A stretch of DNA of 64,000 nt from Minisyncoccota bacterium (GCA_016927565.1 JAFGMK010000024.1:6105-70104), one strand, 5' to 3'. Numbered from the stretch's first letter, positions 38,284-48,013 are shown. A program made the numbers and translations. Notes: generated by a model from the sequence alone, not told the origin.

Positions 38284-39150
38284 ATGAATAGCAATCTTGA
38301 CTCGCTTGAGACTGCCCACAAAAGGCTGGTTAACCATCTAAAAAACAAGGGCCGCGCTCAGGCAACTATCCTTGCCTACCGGAAGGATATTGAACAGTTA
38401 GTCGCTTTTCTAAAAGACAAAGGCATTAGTCAGACAACTTCAGTTACTTCCGACCACATTGAAGAATTCAAAAAAAGTCTGATGGAAAAAAAATACACTG
38501 CCAAGTCGGTTTCAAGAAAGCTCAATGCCATTAAAACTTTCTTTAAATTCCTGGAAGAAGAAGGCGTCCTGCTCTTAAACCCGGCCACAGCCGTTGCCCA
38601 CCCGAAATACAAAATTAAGGCACCGCGGATTCTTTCCCAGATGGAATACCGGGCCATCCGAGACGCCGCCAGGGAAGACACTCGTATTTCCACAATAATT
38701 GAACTTTTACTTCAAACCGGAATGAGAATCGGCGAATTAGCCCGGCTGGAAACCGGCGATGCTAATGAAAAAACCTTAACCATCCGAGGCTATGAATCTC
38801 ATAAACAAAGAGACATTCCGCTGAACCGATCGGCCCGAAAAGCCCTGGAAGCCTACCTTGAAACCAGACCCAAAGTCCGCACCCGATCGTTATTTGTCAC
38901 CAAAAACGGCCGGCCGTTTTTAGTCAGAAACATCAGAAGCGCAATTGAACGCTATTTCCGTATCGCCGGTTTAGAAAATGCCAAAGTTAACGATCTCAGA
39001 CATACCTTTATTGCCCACCAATTAGGTGCCGGCAACTCCGTTGTCCTGATTCAAAAATTAGTTGGACACAAAAGACTTTCCACTACTGAAAGATATTTGG
39101 AATTCGTCGAAAGCACCTCTTCTGAAGAAGTTAAGATCAAAGAATTGTAG
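38284..39150 (+). CDS. tyrosine recombinase (XerC/D-like)
   Basis: N-terminal core-binding domain; TGMRIGE, NDLRH, LVGH...TTERY. Confidence 0.92.
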   Translation: MNSNLDSLETAHKRLVNHLKNKGRAQATILAYRKDIEQLVAFLKDKGISQTTSVTSDHIEEFKKSLMEKKYTAKSVSRKLNAIKTFFKFLEEEGVLLLNPATAVAHPKYKIKAPRILSQMEYRAIRDAAREDTRISTIIELLLQTGMRIGELARLETGDANEKTLTIRGYESHKQRDIPLNRSARKALEAYLETRPKVRTRSLFVTKNGRPFLVRNIRSAIERYFRIAGLENAKVNDLRHTFIAHQLGAGNSVVLIQKLVGHKRLSTTERYLEFVESTSSEEVKIKEL

Positions 39151-39194
39151 CTAAATCAAAATCTCCGAAGCCTAACCTTATCCAAAATACCCTG

Positions 39195-39266
39195 TGCGCC
39201 TGCTTGGATTCGAACCAAGAACCCTCGACTTATAAGATCGATGCTCTACCGTTGAGCTACAGGCGC
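39195..39266 (-). tRNA. tRNA-Ile(TAT)
   Basis: Cloverleaf GCGCCTG/CAGGCGC-A; anticodon arm TCGAT-CT-TAT-AA-GTCGA. Confidence 0.92.
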
Positions 39267-39295
39267 AAAGCAATTAGCGATTTCGGAACAATCAA

Positions 39296-41629
39296 TTATA
39301 ACTTGGCCCGCTGGGCAATTTCTGATTCCACTAACTGCCTGTCCTGACCGTATTTCAACCGGGAAAGATTCCTTACCATTTCCCCTACCCTGGGATCTTT
39401 CATCTTTTCCAAAGCAGCCATGTCCCGATAAAGATCAACTGAAAAAGGCGGCACCGGCTCATTCCTGACAATCGTTTTCATATAAATGTGGTAGCGCTCG
39501 ATATTCAGAAGATCGTCTTCAGCAAAAGTGGGCTGGAATTCATGAGTTAAATAAGAAGCATCATTCACTCCCACCCGAAAAGACATAATCGTTCCCACAT
39601 TTCCGAAAATGGCATTTTTAACCTCCTCATCCATCTGCCCGATAAATTGATTGGCAACGGTTAAATTCAGCCGGTATTTCCGGGCTTCTGAGAGAATCTG
39701 GGCAAAATCCGGAGTGGCAAAGTTTTGAAATTCATCAACATAAAGATAAAAATCGCGCCGCTGGTCCTCAGGAATATCCGCCCGGCTCATCGCCGCCATT
39801 AACAATTTCGGCACAAAAACCAAACCCAAAAAAGAACTGTTCTCTTCGCCGATCTTCCCTTTAGCCAAATTAATTATCAAAATCTTCCCTTCGTCCATTG
39901 CCCGCCGGAAATCAAAAGAAGACTTTGATTGGCCGATAATATTCCGCATTGTTTTATTGGTAACAAAGCGGCCGAATTTAGATACGATGTAGTCAAGCAC
40001 TTCGCTTTTATGAAAGTCTGAAGTCTGGGCAATCTGGTCGGTCCAGTAACGTTTAACCATCGGGTCTTTAACCTTAGGCAAAAGCTCCTGAACATATTTA
40101 GCATCAGTCAGGCAACGGACAATTTCGACGAAGCTGCTTCCCTCCTCACACATGACTGTCAACATGGCATTCCTGATCGCATGCTCAAACCGGGGACCGA
40201 TAATGCCGGTTTTATAAGGGTCATAAAGTTTGTACATTAAATTTATAATCGCCCCGGTAACAAAATGCTTTTGCTCTTCATTCTGAACTTCAAGCAAGTT
40301 AAAACCCATCGGCCTTTCGGTATCCGAGGGGTCAAAGTAAATTACATCCTCGGCTCTTTCCGGCGGAATAAATTCAAGCAGACTTTCCGCCAGATCATGA
40401 GGATCAATTAAGCAAATTCCTTTCCCGGCCCGAATGTCTTGAAGAATCATATCTTTTAAAAGCTCGGTTTTGCCGACCCCGGTTTTACCAATCACATAAA
40501 CATGGCGGCGGCGGTCCTTATCGCTCAGATAGACCGGCCGGCTCATTCCCCGGTAAGTCGATTTGCCGACATAAAGACCGCTCTTGGGAATCTGAACCGG
40601 CGCCGGTGCTGTTTTGGCATAAAGCCAGTGAATGTGAGGCGTTTCGACTGTTTTATTGGGAAAGTGAAAAATGGTTGCCAGCTCTTCTGAAGAAAGAATT
40701 GAGTGGCCCATTCCCATATAGACCAGCGGCATATAGCGATAAATAAAATCAATCATAAATAATTTTTTAAACCAGATCTTACTGGTTTTAAGCCCGTTCA
40801 GATTAGAGGAAAACTGCTCAAAAGAAGACTTGATGTTTTCCAGATGAGCTTCAGCCTGTTCCTCGGTGGTTGAAGAAACCACAATCCGAATCAAAGTCTC
40901 AAAACCGGGCTTACTGGTTTTACTTTCGATTGCTTCCAAAGTTTTAGCATCGACTTTAAAAGAAGCTTTTTCAACATCTGCCTCTTCCTTTTTTGTTTTG
41001 GAGATAAATGACTTGCCCGCACTCTGCCAACTGCTTCCGGCCGGAACTACATTAATTTGAATTACCGCCCCTTCTCCTTCACTCATCTTCGCCAGTGAAG
41101 TAGTAATCAGGGAAAGCGGGTCAGTTGCTAATTCTCGGTAAGACTTAAGAGGATAATAAGAATCTTTACTCAACTGAAGCTGGGCAAAGGCAACCTTCCC
41201 TTCCTGAGAAAAAATATTGTATTCAGAAACTTTCTTAAGTTCGGCAGACGGATAAGCCCCGTAAATTTGCTTTTCAATAAAATCCTGAAGATCCTTAGGA
41301 ACCGAAATGTAAAAGCGGATATCTTCGGGCCGGGCAACAATTTCAAAACAAAGGTGATTGGGAGGCTTAAGGTTTAAAAAATCGCTGCTTGTTTTAATTG
41401 AATTCAAAGACGCAAAAAACTGTTCGGCAGTATCGATTTTAGTTTCATTATTAAAAGGAACTGCCACCTGCAAAAGAACCGACTGAAGAGATCTTTCTTC
41501 CCGCTTCTGATTTCTTTTCGTCAGCAGGAAAAAATAAAGCCCAATCACCAATCCCAAAAATAAAAAGACCAGAACACCGATGACGGCAAGGAAAAGACCC
41601 AGATTGCCCGTAAGGGCTTCCATATTCAT
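39296..41629 (-). CDS. VirD4/TraG-like (HerA/FtsK superfamily) coupling ATPase
   Basis: N-terminal TM; GKTGVGKT; LYVDEFQNF; SEARKY; ANQ. Confidence 0.9.
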   Translation of the reverse strand: MNMEALTGNLGLFLAVIGVLVFLFLGLVIGLYFFLLTKRNQKREERSLQSVLLQVAVPFNNETKIDTAEQFFASLNSIKTSSDFLNLKPPNHLCFEIVARPEDIRFYISVPKDLQDFIEKQIYGAYPSAELKKVSEYNIFSQEGKVAFAQLQLSKDSYYPLKSYRELATDPLSLITTSLAKMSEGEGAVIQINVVPAGSSWQSAGKSFISKTKKEEADVEKASFKVDAKTLEAIESKTSKPGFETLIRIVVSSTTEEQAEAHLENIKSSFEQFSSNLNGLKTSKIWFKKLFMIDFIYRYMPLVYMGMGHSILSSEELATIFHFPNKTVETPHIHWLYAKTAPAPVQIPKSGLYVGKSTYRGMSRPVYLSDKDRRRHVYVIGKTGVGKTELLKDMILQDIRAGKGICLIDPHDLAESLLEFIPPERAEDVIYFDPSDTERPMGFNLLEVQNEEQKHFVTGAIINLMYKLYDPYKTGIIGPRFEHAIRNAMLTVMCEEGSSFVEIVRCLTDAKYVQELLPKVKDPMVKRYWTDQIAQTSDFHKSEVLDYIVSKFGRFVTNKTMRNIIGQSKSSFDFRRAMDEGKILIINLAKGKIGEENSSFLGLVFVPKLLMAAMSRADIPEDQRRDFYLYVDEFQNFATPDFAQILSEARKYRLNLTVANQFIGQMDEEVKNAIFGNVGTIMSFRVGVNDASYLTHEFQPTFAEDDLLNIERYHIYMKTIVRNEPVPPFSVDLYRDMAALEKMKDPRVGEMVRNLSRLKYGQDRQLVESEIAQRAKL

Positions 41630-41640
41630 AATAACTTATC

Positions 41641-42186
41641 TCAATTCTCGTAATCTTCTGCCGAGGAGTTCGTTGCCATCCCCGGCTTATTTTTGTAAAC
41701 TTGATTTTGATCGGCCCGGACCGCTTGGACTCGAGGTTGATTTTTAGTCTTTTTTTGTTTCGGGGGTTTTCTGTTAAAAACACCCCCCATCAACCTAATC
41801 AGACGGATACACCATTCCGCCAGCCAGCGGATAGAATCAACCATTTTATGAGTCGTTCCTTCTCTGATTTCCTCTTCGGTCAAAGGCAAAACAATTCCTG
41901 TCGCGTCATCACCGGAATTGCTGACTAAAACCTGGCCCGTTTGATCATCCGTCACCGACTGAGTAAGCCGGGTCGCCGCCCCGGGAACCGGCTGGGCCAT
42001 CTCAATTTCTCTGGGAATTTCCGGAATATCAAGCCTCTCAACTACCGGAAATTGATTCAGCCCCTTGCCGAAAACTCCTTCCACAACCTTTTGCCTCTCT
42101 TCAAGTGAAACTGGTTTTGTTTCTTTTTCTTTGTCTGTCAACGTCACAGTAAAATGAAGAACCTGATCCTGATTGTTCTTCTCCAA
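41641..42186 (-). CDS. hypothetical protein
   Basis: 181-aa ORF directly upstream of the ATPase; PLTEEEI...SIRWLAEWC segment. Confidence 0.7.
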   Translation of the reverse strand: MEKNNQDQVLHFTVTLTDKEKETKPVSLEERQKVVEGVFGKGLNQFPVVERLDIPEIPREIEMAQPVPGAATRLTQSVTDDQTGQVLVSNSGDDATGIVLPLTEEEIREGTTHKMVDSIRWLAEWCIRLIRLMGGVFNRKPPKQKKTKNQPRVQAVRADQNQVYKNKPGMATNSSAEDYEN

Positions 42187-42240
42187 TTTCCCATTATATT
42201 AAACGGATAGAAGAATCACAATGAGGAACAATAAAAAAAA

Positions 42241-42384
42241 TCAGTTTTGGTCTTGCAATTTTTCCAGAAGTTTTTTGGCGGAGGTAAATTTGCGAAACCG
42301 ATGGCGTCCTGAAACTGAACGACTCGGCTCTTTTTTTTCCCACCAAAAGGAAGTTCCGTTTTTAACCCCGTTTTTACCAGCCAT
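42241..42384 (-). CDS. possible 47-aa small protein
   Basis: Manual translation MAGKNGVKNGTSFWWEKKEPSRSVSGRHRFRKFTSAKKLLEKLQDQN fills the gap on the operon strand. Confidence 0.4.
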   Translation of the reverse strand: MAGKNGVKNGTSFWWEKKEPSRSVSGRHRFRKFTSAKKLLEKLQDQN

Positions 42385-42424
42385 ACAAATAATTCTTAAT
42401 AGACTATTAAACGATAGTCAAGTA

Positions 42425-43216
42425 TCAAATAAAATCCCCGCCCACTCCCCGCAATTTAGTTTTTGGGATCATTTCTGAAATCATTTTTTTAAAAGCTTTC
42501 AACTGGGAAACAGCAAAAGGCTCTATTTCATTGAATCCAGGGTCAAGGCAGTTTTTGGGTTGAAAAGACTGAAGAACCCAGGAGAAATCTCTAATTTTCC
42601 GACCGCAACCGGCAAACAGGTTTTTTAAATCCCGAGCCATTGTCAGCAAAACCTTTTCATCATGGATGGTCGGTACTATGGTTGTCCGGAATTCAAACGG
42701 CAAGCCAGAGTCTATTATCAACCGCATAGATTCCTTAATTCCAGCGGCTAACGATCCCGGATCGTCTGCAGATTTCGATCCTGGATCGGATTGCCCCCCG
42801 GATTTAATTCCAACTACATTTTCATAATCCGAAAATGTAGTCTTATAATCCATCGCCCAAAAATCTACCAGTTTTGCCTCAAGCAATTTTTTGATGACCT
42901 CAGGCCGACTACCGTTAGTTTCTATCATTATCTTAAAACCCAAAGCTTTAACCTTAGTTGAAAACCCCAAAAGGTCTGGCTGGAGAGTCGGTTCACCACC
43001 GGTAACCGCCACACCATCAATCCATTTGCTCCGCCGCTTCAAATCCGTCAAAACAATCTTCTCGCTGTGATGTTTCAGCTTTTTACTATTGATTTTCACC
43101 AGGTCGCGATTGTGGCAAAACGGACAGGCAAAATTGCAGCCCGGGACAAAGATCACTGAAGCAATCTTGGTCGGCCACTCGATCAGAGAGGTTTTTAAAT
43201 AACCGGCAATTTTCAT
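42425..43216 (-). CDS. nrdG: anaerobic RNR activating radical SAM enzyme
   Basis: CNFACPFCHN, TGGEPT, ETNG; downstream of nrdD. Confidence 0.92.
   Translation of the reverse strand: MKIAGYLKTSLIEWPTKIASVIFVPGCNFACPFCHNRDLVKINSKKLKHHSEKIVLTDLKRRSKWIDGVAVTGGEPTLQPDLLGFSTKVKALGFKIMIETNGSRPEVIKKLLEAKLVDFWAMDYKTTFSDYENVVGIKSGGQSDPGSKSADDPGSLAAGIKESMRLIIDSGLPFEFRTTIVPTIHDEKVLLTMARDLKNLFAGCGRKIRDFSWVLQSFQPKNCLDPGFNEIEPFAVSQLKAFKKMISEMIPKTKLRGVGGDFI
42749..42789. repeat. GATCCCGGATC element in frame within nrdG
   Basis: 27/28 identity with 37431-37458; encodes SDPGSKSADDPGSL. Confidence 0.85.
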
Positions 43217-43226
43217 AAAAACTAAT

Positions 43227-43262
43227 CGATCCCGGATCCTCAGGTATTTCTAATCCGGGATC
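43227..43262. repeat. GATCCCGGATC element, intergenic copy
   Basis: GATCCCGGAT...ATCCGGGATC 10-bp inverted repeat. Confidence 0.8.
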
Positions 43263-43301
43263 TTAAATCCCCAGATTAATTTTGGACTCTATGCCTTAAT
43301 T

Positions 43302-43562
43302 TTAAAGCTTATCAAGAATCGCCGACTCTTTCGGCACTTTTCCTCGCCATTCGGCCGCTATCTTGCCTTTATCATCAACCAGAATCATCGTCGGTGTCGC
43401 CATTACCTGATAAAAAGCCCCCTCGGCCATTCCCTCAATTTTATCAACATCAAACCATTCAATTTGAATCCTGACCTGGCTTTTATTTTCCAAATCCCTG
43501 CCCAATTTTTTAGCCGGAGGACATTTAGGACAATTATTTCTGGTAAAAATTTTTAAGATCAT
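43302..43562 (-). CDS. thioredoxin/glutaredoxin-like protein (NrdH-like)
   Basis: CPKC plus ATPT; lies within the RNR operon. Confidence 0.85.
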   Translation of the reverse strand: MILKIFTRNNCPKCPPAKKLGRDLENKSQVRIQIEWFDVDKIEGMAEGAFYQVMATPTMILVDDKGKIAAEWRGKVPKESAILDKL

Positions 43563-43579
43563 AAAAAATCCTTTTTTTC

Positions 43580-45733
43580 TTAAAACCGACCCTCATTTTT
43601 GTGACGATCGTTAAGCTCTCCTATCTTACCCTTATTCCAGCGGCTGATACGGGAATAAAAACCGGTCACTCGCGTCACCCCGTCAACTTCTTCCGAGCCG
43701 CACTTAGGACAAGCATCATGAAGGCCCCGTGTTGTCGCCAGACAACAATCACAAATTGTAAATTCCGGCGAAAAGGCAATCAGACCGTTCTGGGTTTGTT
43801 CAAAGGTTTTTTTGACAAAACTCGCAATCGAAACCGGATCCGGGTTCTGTTCCCCCAACCAGAGATGACTAATGGCTCCGGCATCAATTAAAGGATGAAA
43901 AAGGCCTTCTTTGGTCACTCTTTCAATCGGATCAATATTTTCGGAAATATTCAATTGGGTCGAGTTGGTATAGTAAATATAATCATCTTCCCATCGTCCC
44001 TTAATCACTTTCCGTGATTGATCAGGATAAAAACGCTTATCCAGTTTGGCAAAGCGATAAGTCAGTCCTTCAGCCGGAGTCTGTTCCAAAACATAATCCA
44101 TCTTATCCCGCCGGCTCATTTCTTTGGCCTTCTTATTGATGGCCGCCACAATCTTCAAACCCAATTTTAAAGCCTCGTTACTTTCATGCAGCTGTTGTCC
44201 CAGACAATACTCAACTGTTTCATTCACGCCGAAAATACCTACCAGAAACTTGGCTTTTTTAAAGCGGTAATACATTTCAGGATCATCCTTTTGCCGGGTT
44301 GTCAGCGAGCCGAGAGGACCCTGAAGCCCCATCTCAAGAAGTCGTTTAATAAACCGTCTTTTCTGTTGATGGGCTTTGGCTAAAAGTTCCATTCCCTTGT
44401 CAATTTCTTTAAACAGTTTTTCCGATTTACCCTTAGCTTTGTAAGCCATCCGAGGCAGATTCAAGGAAACGTTTTGCATTGCTGAATGGCGCATCTGCCA
44501 GGGTTTTTTGGCTTCCTCGAGATCTTTTTTATTCAGATTGAAAGAAAGCCGGCAGCACTCGGAAATCCGGGCTGTTTTTCCCCGATCCAAAACAAAATAA
44601 GTGTTGCCTCTTTCAGCTGCCACCCGCGAAGCCAGCCGGAGAAACTCCTTATGACCCGGAGTGGCCCAAAATTTTTCCGTAATGTGCAAATTCGGCTTCG
44701 GCCAGAAAAAGGGCCGGCCGGCCCCGTCTCCCTCCAGGTAAATTTCAAAAATGGCTCTTAAGAAATCCTGTGATTCTTTCTCGTAGTCCTGATAATTTTT
44801 GCCGGTATAAACTCCTCCGGGGCCAATGGCCGGAGTTTTGGCAAAATGATCCGGTACTTCCCAGTAAAGGTTAATATCTGAAAAAATTGCTTGCCCCCCC
44901 CGAGCTACATTCTGCATATTAAACTCAAATAAAAGCATTTGAGCCAGCTGCCTTATCTCGGCAAAGGGCATTCCCACCAAATAAGGCGCCATAAAAAGAT
45001 TGACCGCATCAAAACCAATTGCCCCGGCAAAATGAACCTGGAGCATCGCTGCCAGCTTAATAATCTGCAGTATTAAAACCTGAGCATGCTTTGCCGGTTT
45101 GGCCACTGCCAATGACGAGGCAATGTCTAAACCATACTTCTTAACATATTCAATCGATTGACCACAGCAATAAGGCCGATCAATGAAATCGAGATCATGA
45201 AGATGTAAATCCCCCCGAGCATGAGCCTCAGCCACTTCTTGAGAAAAAACTCGACGGAGAGCGTATTCTTTTTTGATATTTCGAGCCAAAGAGAGATTGG
45301 TAGCTTCGGTATTATGAGGAACATTGGCATTAATCCGATTTTGTTCCGTCAACATTTTATGGACATCATAAATCGGGACTCCTAAACGAACGTGCTTATA
45401 GTAATATTTTTCCAAGCCTCGAGATAATAATTCAGCATTAGTCATCTCCCGAATTAAATTGGTAGAAACATGTTTAACTTTGGAGTCAACGATTTGTTTT
45501 TCCACTTCCCGGGCAATCCTCATTGCCAGATATTCATCCATCCCGGTTTCAATAATCAGCCTTTTGGCAATTTGGGTCACATCCCATTTTTTTAAAGCCT
45601 CATCAGAAGTAGAAACAAAAAACATCACATCAGTGGCCTGATGTTTTTGGGCATTAGCCAGGTATTTAGCCTGCTTTCTGGTTAAGCCGCTGCCGTTTTT
45701 GCCATTTTGATATTTATCTATTTCGCTAGGCAT
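43580..45733 (-). CDS. nrdD: class III ribonucleotide reductase with ATP cone
   Basis: ATP cone, HLHDL..RPYCC, SECCR, EQTPAE, YYTNS, CxxC..CPKC, TRVTGF glycyl loop. Confidence 0.93.
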   Translation of the reverse strand: MPSEIDKYQNGKNGSGLTRKQAKYLANAQKHQATDVMFFVSTSDEALKKWDVTQIAKRLIIETGMDEYLAMRIAREVEKQIVDSKVKHVSTNLIREMTNAELLSRGLEKYYYKHVRLGVPIYDVHKMLTEQNRINANVPHNTEATNLSLARNIKKEYALRRVFSQEVAEAHARGDLHLHDLDFIDRPYCCGQSIEYVKKYGLDIASSLAVAKPAKHAQVLILQIIKLAAMLQVHFAGAIGFDAVNLFMAPYLVGMPFAEIRQLAQMLLFEFNMQNVARGGQAIFSDINLYWEVPDHFAKTPAIGPGGVYTGKNYQDYEKESQDFLRAIFEIYLEGDGAGRPFFWPKPNLHITEKFWATPGHKEFLRLASRVAAERGNTYFVLDRGKTARISECCRLSFNLNKKDLEEAKKPWQMRHSAMQNVSLNLPRMAYKAKGKSEKLFKEIDKGMELLAKAHQQKRRFIKRLLEMGLQGPLGSLTTRQKDDPEMYYRFKKAKFLVGIFGVNETVEYCLGQQLHESNEALKLGLKIVAAINKKAKEMSRRDKMDYVLEQTPAEGLTYRFAKLDKRFYPDQSRKVIKGRWEDDYIYYTNSTQLNISENIDPIERVTKEGLFHPLIDAGAISHLWLGEQNPDPVSIASFVKKTFEQTQNGLIAFSPEFTICDCCLATTRGLHDACPKCGSEEVDGVTRVTGFYSRISRWNKGKIGELNDRHKNEGRF

Positions 45734-45774
45734 ATTTTGGTTTGGACAGGGTCTGAGCCCTCATCATTTCCCAA

Positions 45775-47745
45775 TCAAATATTTTTATTTCGATGCCGGT
45801 CCCTGAGTTCCGCCTTCTTGCCCCGCCCCCATGAACTGGTAAAGGTATAATAGCCGGTAATCCTCGTAATTCCATCTACCTTTCTGGAATGACAATAAGG
45901 ACAACTCCCCAATAATCCCCGAGCTAAACGCCGGCACTTTAAGCACAAGGTAAATTCGGGTGAAAGGGCAACTTGGGTATTTTGGGTCCGGTTAAAAGTC
46001 TTTTTAATTAACCGGCCGACAGAAGCAGGACTCGGCTCGCGCTCCCCTAACCAAAGATGGGTAATATTACCGCCTTCAATTAGAGGATGGAAAAGGCCTT
46101 CCTTTTCAATTCTGTCTAAGGGATCAATCTCGGCATCAACATCTAAATGAGTTGAGTTGGTATAATAAACTGAACCGGATTCAGGATCACCGTGAACAAT
46201 CTTAAGGGCTTGTTTGGGAAACCGGCTCAAATCAAGCCGGGCAAAACGATAGCAGGTTGACTCAGCCGGATCCTGTTCAAGAATGATTTTTAACCGGCTT
46301 TTTTTGCTTTCCTGATCGCAAAGATATTTCATGAAAGCCACTATTTTCAGACCAAATTTCAGCGCCTGATCGCTCTCATGCATCTTCTGGCCCAAATGCG
46401 CCCGAACACAGTCGCCCACCCCCAAGACACCGACCAAATAGGCCATTTTGGTAAAACGCAAATATGATTCTTTTTCACCCTCCTGTTTAACCGTCAACAA
46501 TCCCAAAGGGCCGGTTTCTCGCCGATCCAAGAGTTTTTTTAAGAAGGCTCCTTTTTGTTTATGAGCCTCGAAAACCAGTTGCATCCTTTTTCTGATCAAT
46601 TCAAAAAGCTTTTTTTCATTTCCTTTGGCCTGATAAGCAATCCTAGGCAAATTAAGAGAAATATAAGGAGCTGCGGAAAAACGCATCCGCCAAGGTTTTT
46701 TAGTGTCTTTTAAATCCTCACTGGAAAGAGTGAAAGAGACCCGGCAGCATTCAGAAATCTTGGCAGTTTTTCCCCGATCCAGCATAAAGTAAGGATTACC
46801 TGTTTTGGTCGCCACTTCGCAAACATGATTCAAAAACCGACTATGCCCCGGAGTGGCCCAAAACTTGTCGGTAATATGGAGATTGGGCTTGGGCCAAAAA
46901 AAAGGCGAACCCTGGCTGTCGCCTTTTTTATAAACGGAAAAGATTTGCCAAACAAAGCTCTGAGCTTCTTTTTCATAATCACCATAAACCTTGCCGGTAT
47001 ATTGACCCCGGGGACCAATAGCCGGAACCTTTTCAAAATGAGCCGGCACCTCCCAATAAAGATTGAGATCAGAAAAAATCGGCTGACCGCCATGAGGTCC
47101 GATAGTTTGATTAAATTGATGAATCAACTTTTGCGCCGCCTGATAGATTTCACTATCGGAGAGGCCTGTCAAATAAGGCGCCAAAAATAAATTAACCGCG
47201 TCCCAGCCGATCGCCCCGCCAAAATTAGCCCTGAGAGCCAAAGAAAACCGGTAAAGATGATCCAAAGCTGAGTCAATGTGAGCGGCCGGCCTGGTCGCCG
47301 CAAAACTGGCATAACGGTTAAGACCGTATTTTTTAACATACTCAACGCTCTGGCCGGAACAATAAGGCCGGTCAATAAAACCTAATTTATGAAGATGCAA
47401 ATCTCCCCGCCGGTGAGCCCGAGCCACTGATTTAGAATAAACCTTATTTAGGGCATACTCTTTTTTAACAAACTCGGACAGAGTAAAACTTGTTCCCTCA
47501 GGAGTGTTGGGCATATTGGCATCGCTCCGGCTACCTTCTTTCGCGATGACAGTCTCAATCTCCTCTAAAGAAAGAGAGACTCTTCCGTCTTCACCTGTAT
47601 CCTCAAAATGGAAAAGGCCATTCCCGTTACTGTTTTGGGAATGATTGTCTTTTTTCTGAACTTTAGGACCGGGTAATATCCGGGCCAATTGCCGGGAAAT
47701 TCCCAAAGAAAAATCGGTCACATCAAGTCGTTTTTTTTGAACCAT
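45775..47745 (-). CDS. nrdD: class III ribonucleotide reductase paralogue without ATP cone
   Basis: RPYCS, SECCR, EQDPAE, YYTNS, CLKC..CPYC, TRITGY. Confidence 0.9.
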   Translation of the reverse strand: MVQKKRLDVTDFSLGISRQLARILPGPKVQKKDNHSQNSNGNGLFHFEDTGEDGRVSLSLEEIETVIAKEGSRSDANMPNTPEGTSFTLSEFVKKEYALNKVYSKSVARAHRRGDLHLHKLGFIDRPYCSGQSVEYVKKYGLNRYASFAATRPAAHIDSALDHLYRFSLALRANFGGAIGWDAVNLFLAPYLTGLSDSEIYQAAQKLIHQFNQTIGPHGGQPIFSDLNLYWEVPAHFEKVPAIGPRGQYTGKVYGDYEKEAQSFVWQIFSVYKKGDSQGSPFFWPKPNLHITDKFWATPGHSRFLNHVCEVATKTGNPYFMLDRGKTAKISECCRVSFTLSSEDLKDTKKPWRMRFSAAPYISLNLPRIAYQAKGNEKKLFELIRKRMQLVFEAHKQKGAFLKKLLDRRETGPLGLLTVKQEGEKESYLRFTKMAYLVGVLGVGDCVRAHLGQKMHESDQALKFGLKIVAFMKYLCDQESKKSRLKIILEQDPAESTCYRFARLDLSRFPKQALKIVHGDPESGSVYYTNSTHLDVDAEIDPLDRIEKEGLFHPLIEGGNITHLWLGEREPSPASVGRLIKKTFNRTQNTQVALSPEFTLCLKCRRLARGLLGSCPYCHSRKVDGITRITGYYTFTSSWGRGKKAELRDRHRNKNI

Positions 47746-48013
47746 AATCTCTTCCTATAGAACCGAACCAACAAATTTCAAACAAAAAGTCTCAGGTTTT
47801 TTTAGAAAGTGGTTTTGCCCGCCTTTTCCGAAAGTTAAAAACCTCTAAACCGGATTTTGTTTATAGATTACCCAGTTTAGTTTATGAGCTGAGTTATCAT
47901 ATCAATTGTTAAAGAAAGCCTGTCAAGCAGAAATAAATGAATCAGAAGATATCAGAAACCGGAAATTAAAAATGAAAAACGGGTTTCAAAAAAGGGGCAA
48001 ATCTAAACAAAGG

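Noticed and set aside
38284-39266. Tyrosine recombinase converging on a tRNA 3' end, as an integrated element
   Set aside because: I found no duplicated tRNA 3' end in the window and no phage or plasmid cargo; flanks are housekeeping, so a chromosomal Xer-like gene is more likely.
39296-41629. VirD4-like ATPase as evidence of a conjugative element
   Set aside because: No relaxase, VirB4 or pilus genes nearby; such ATPases are ordinary chromosomal genes in CPR.
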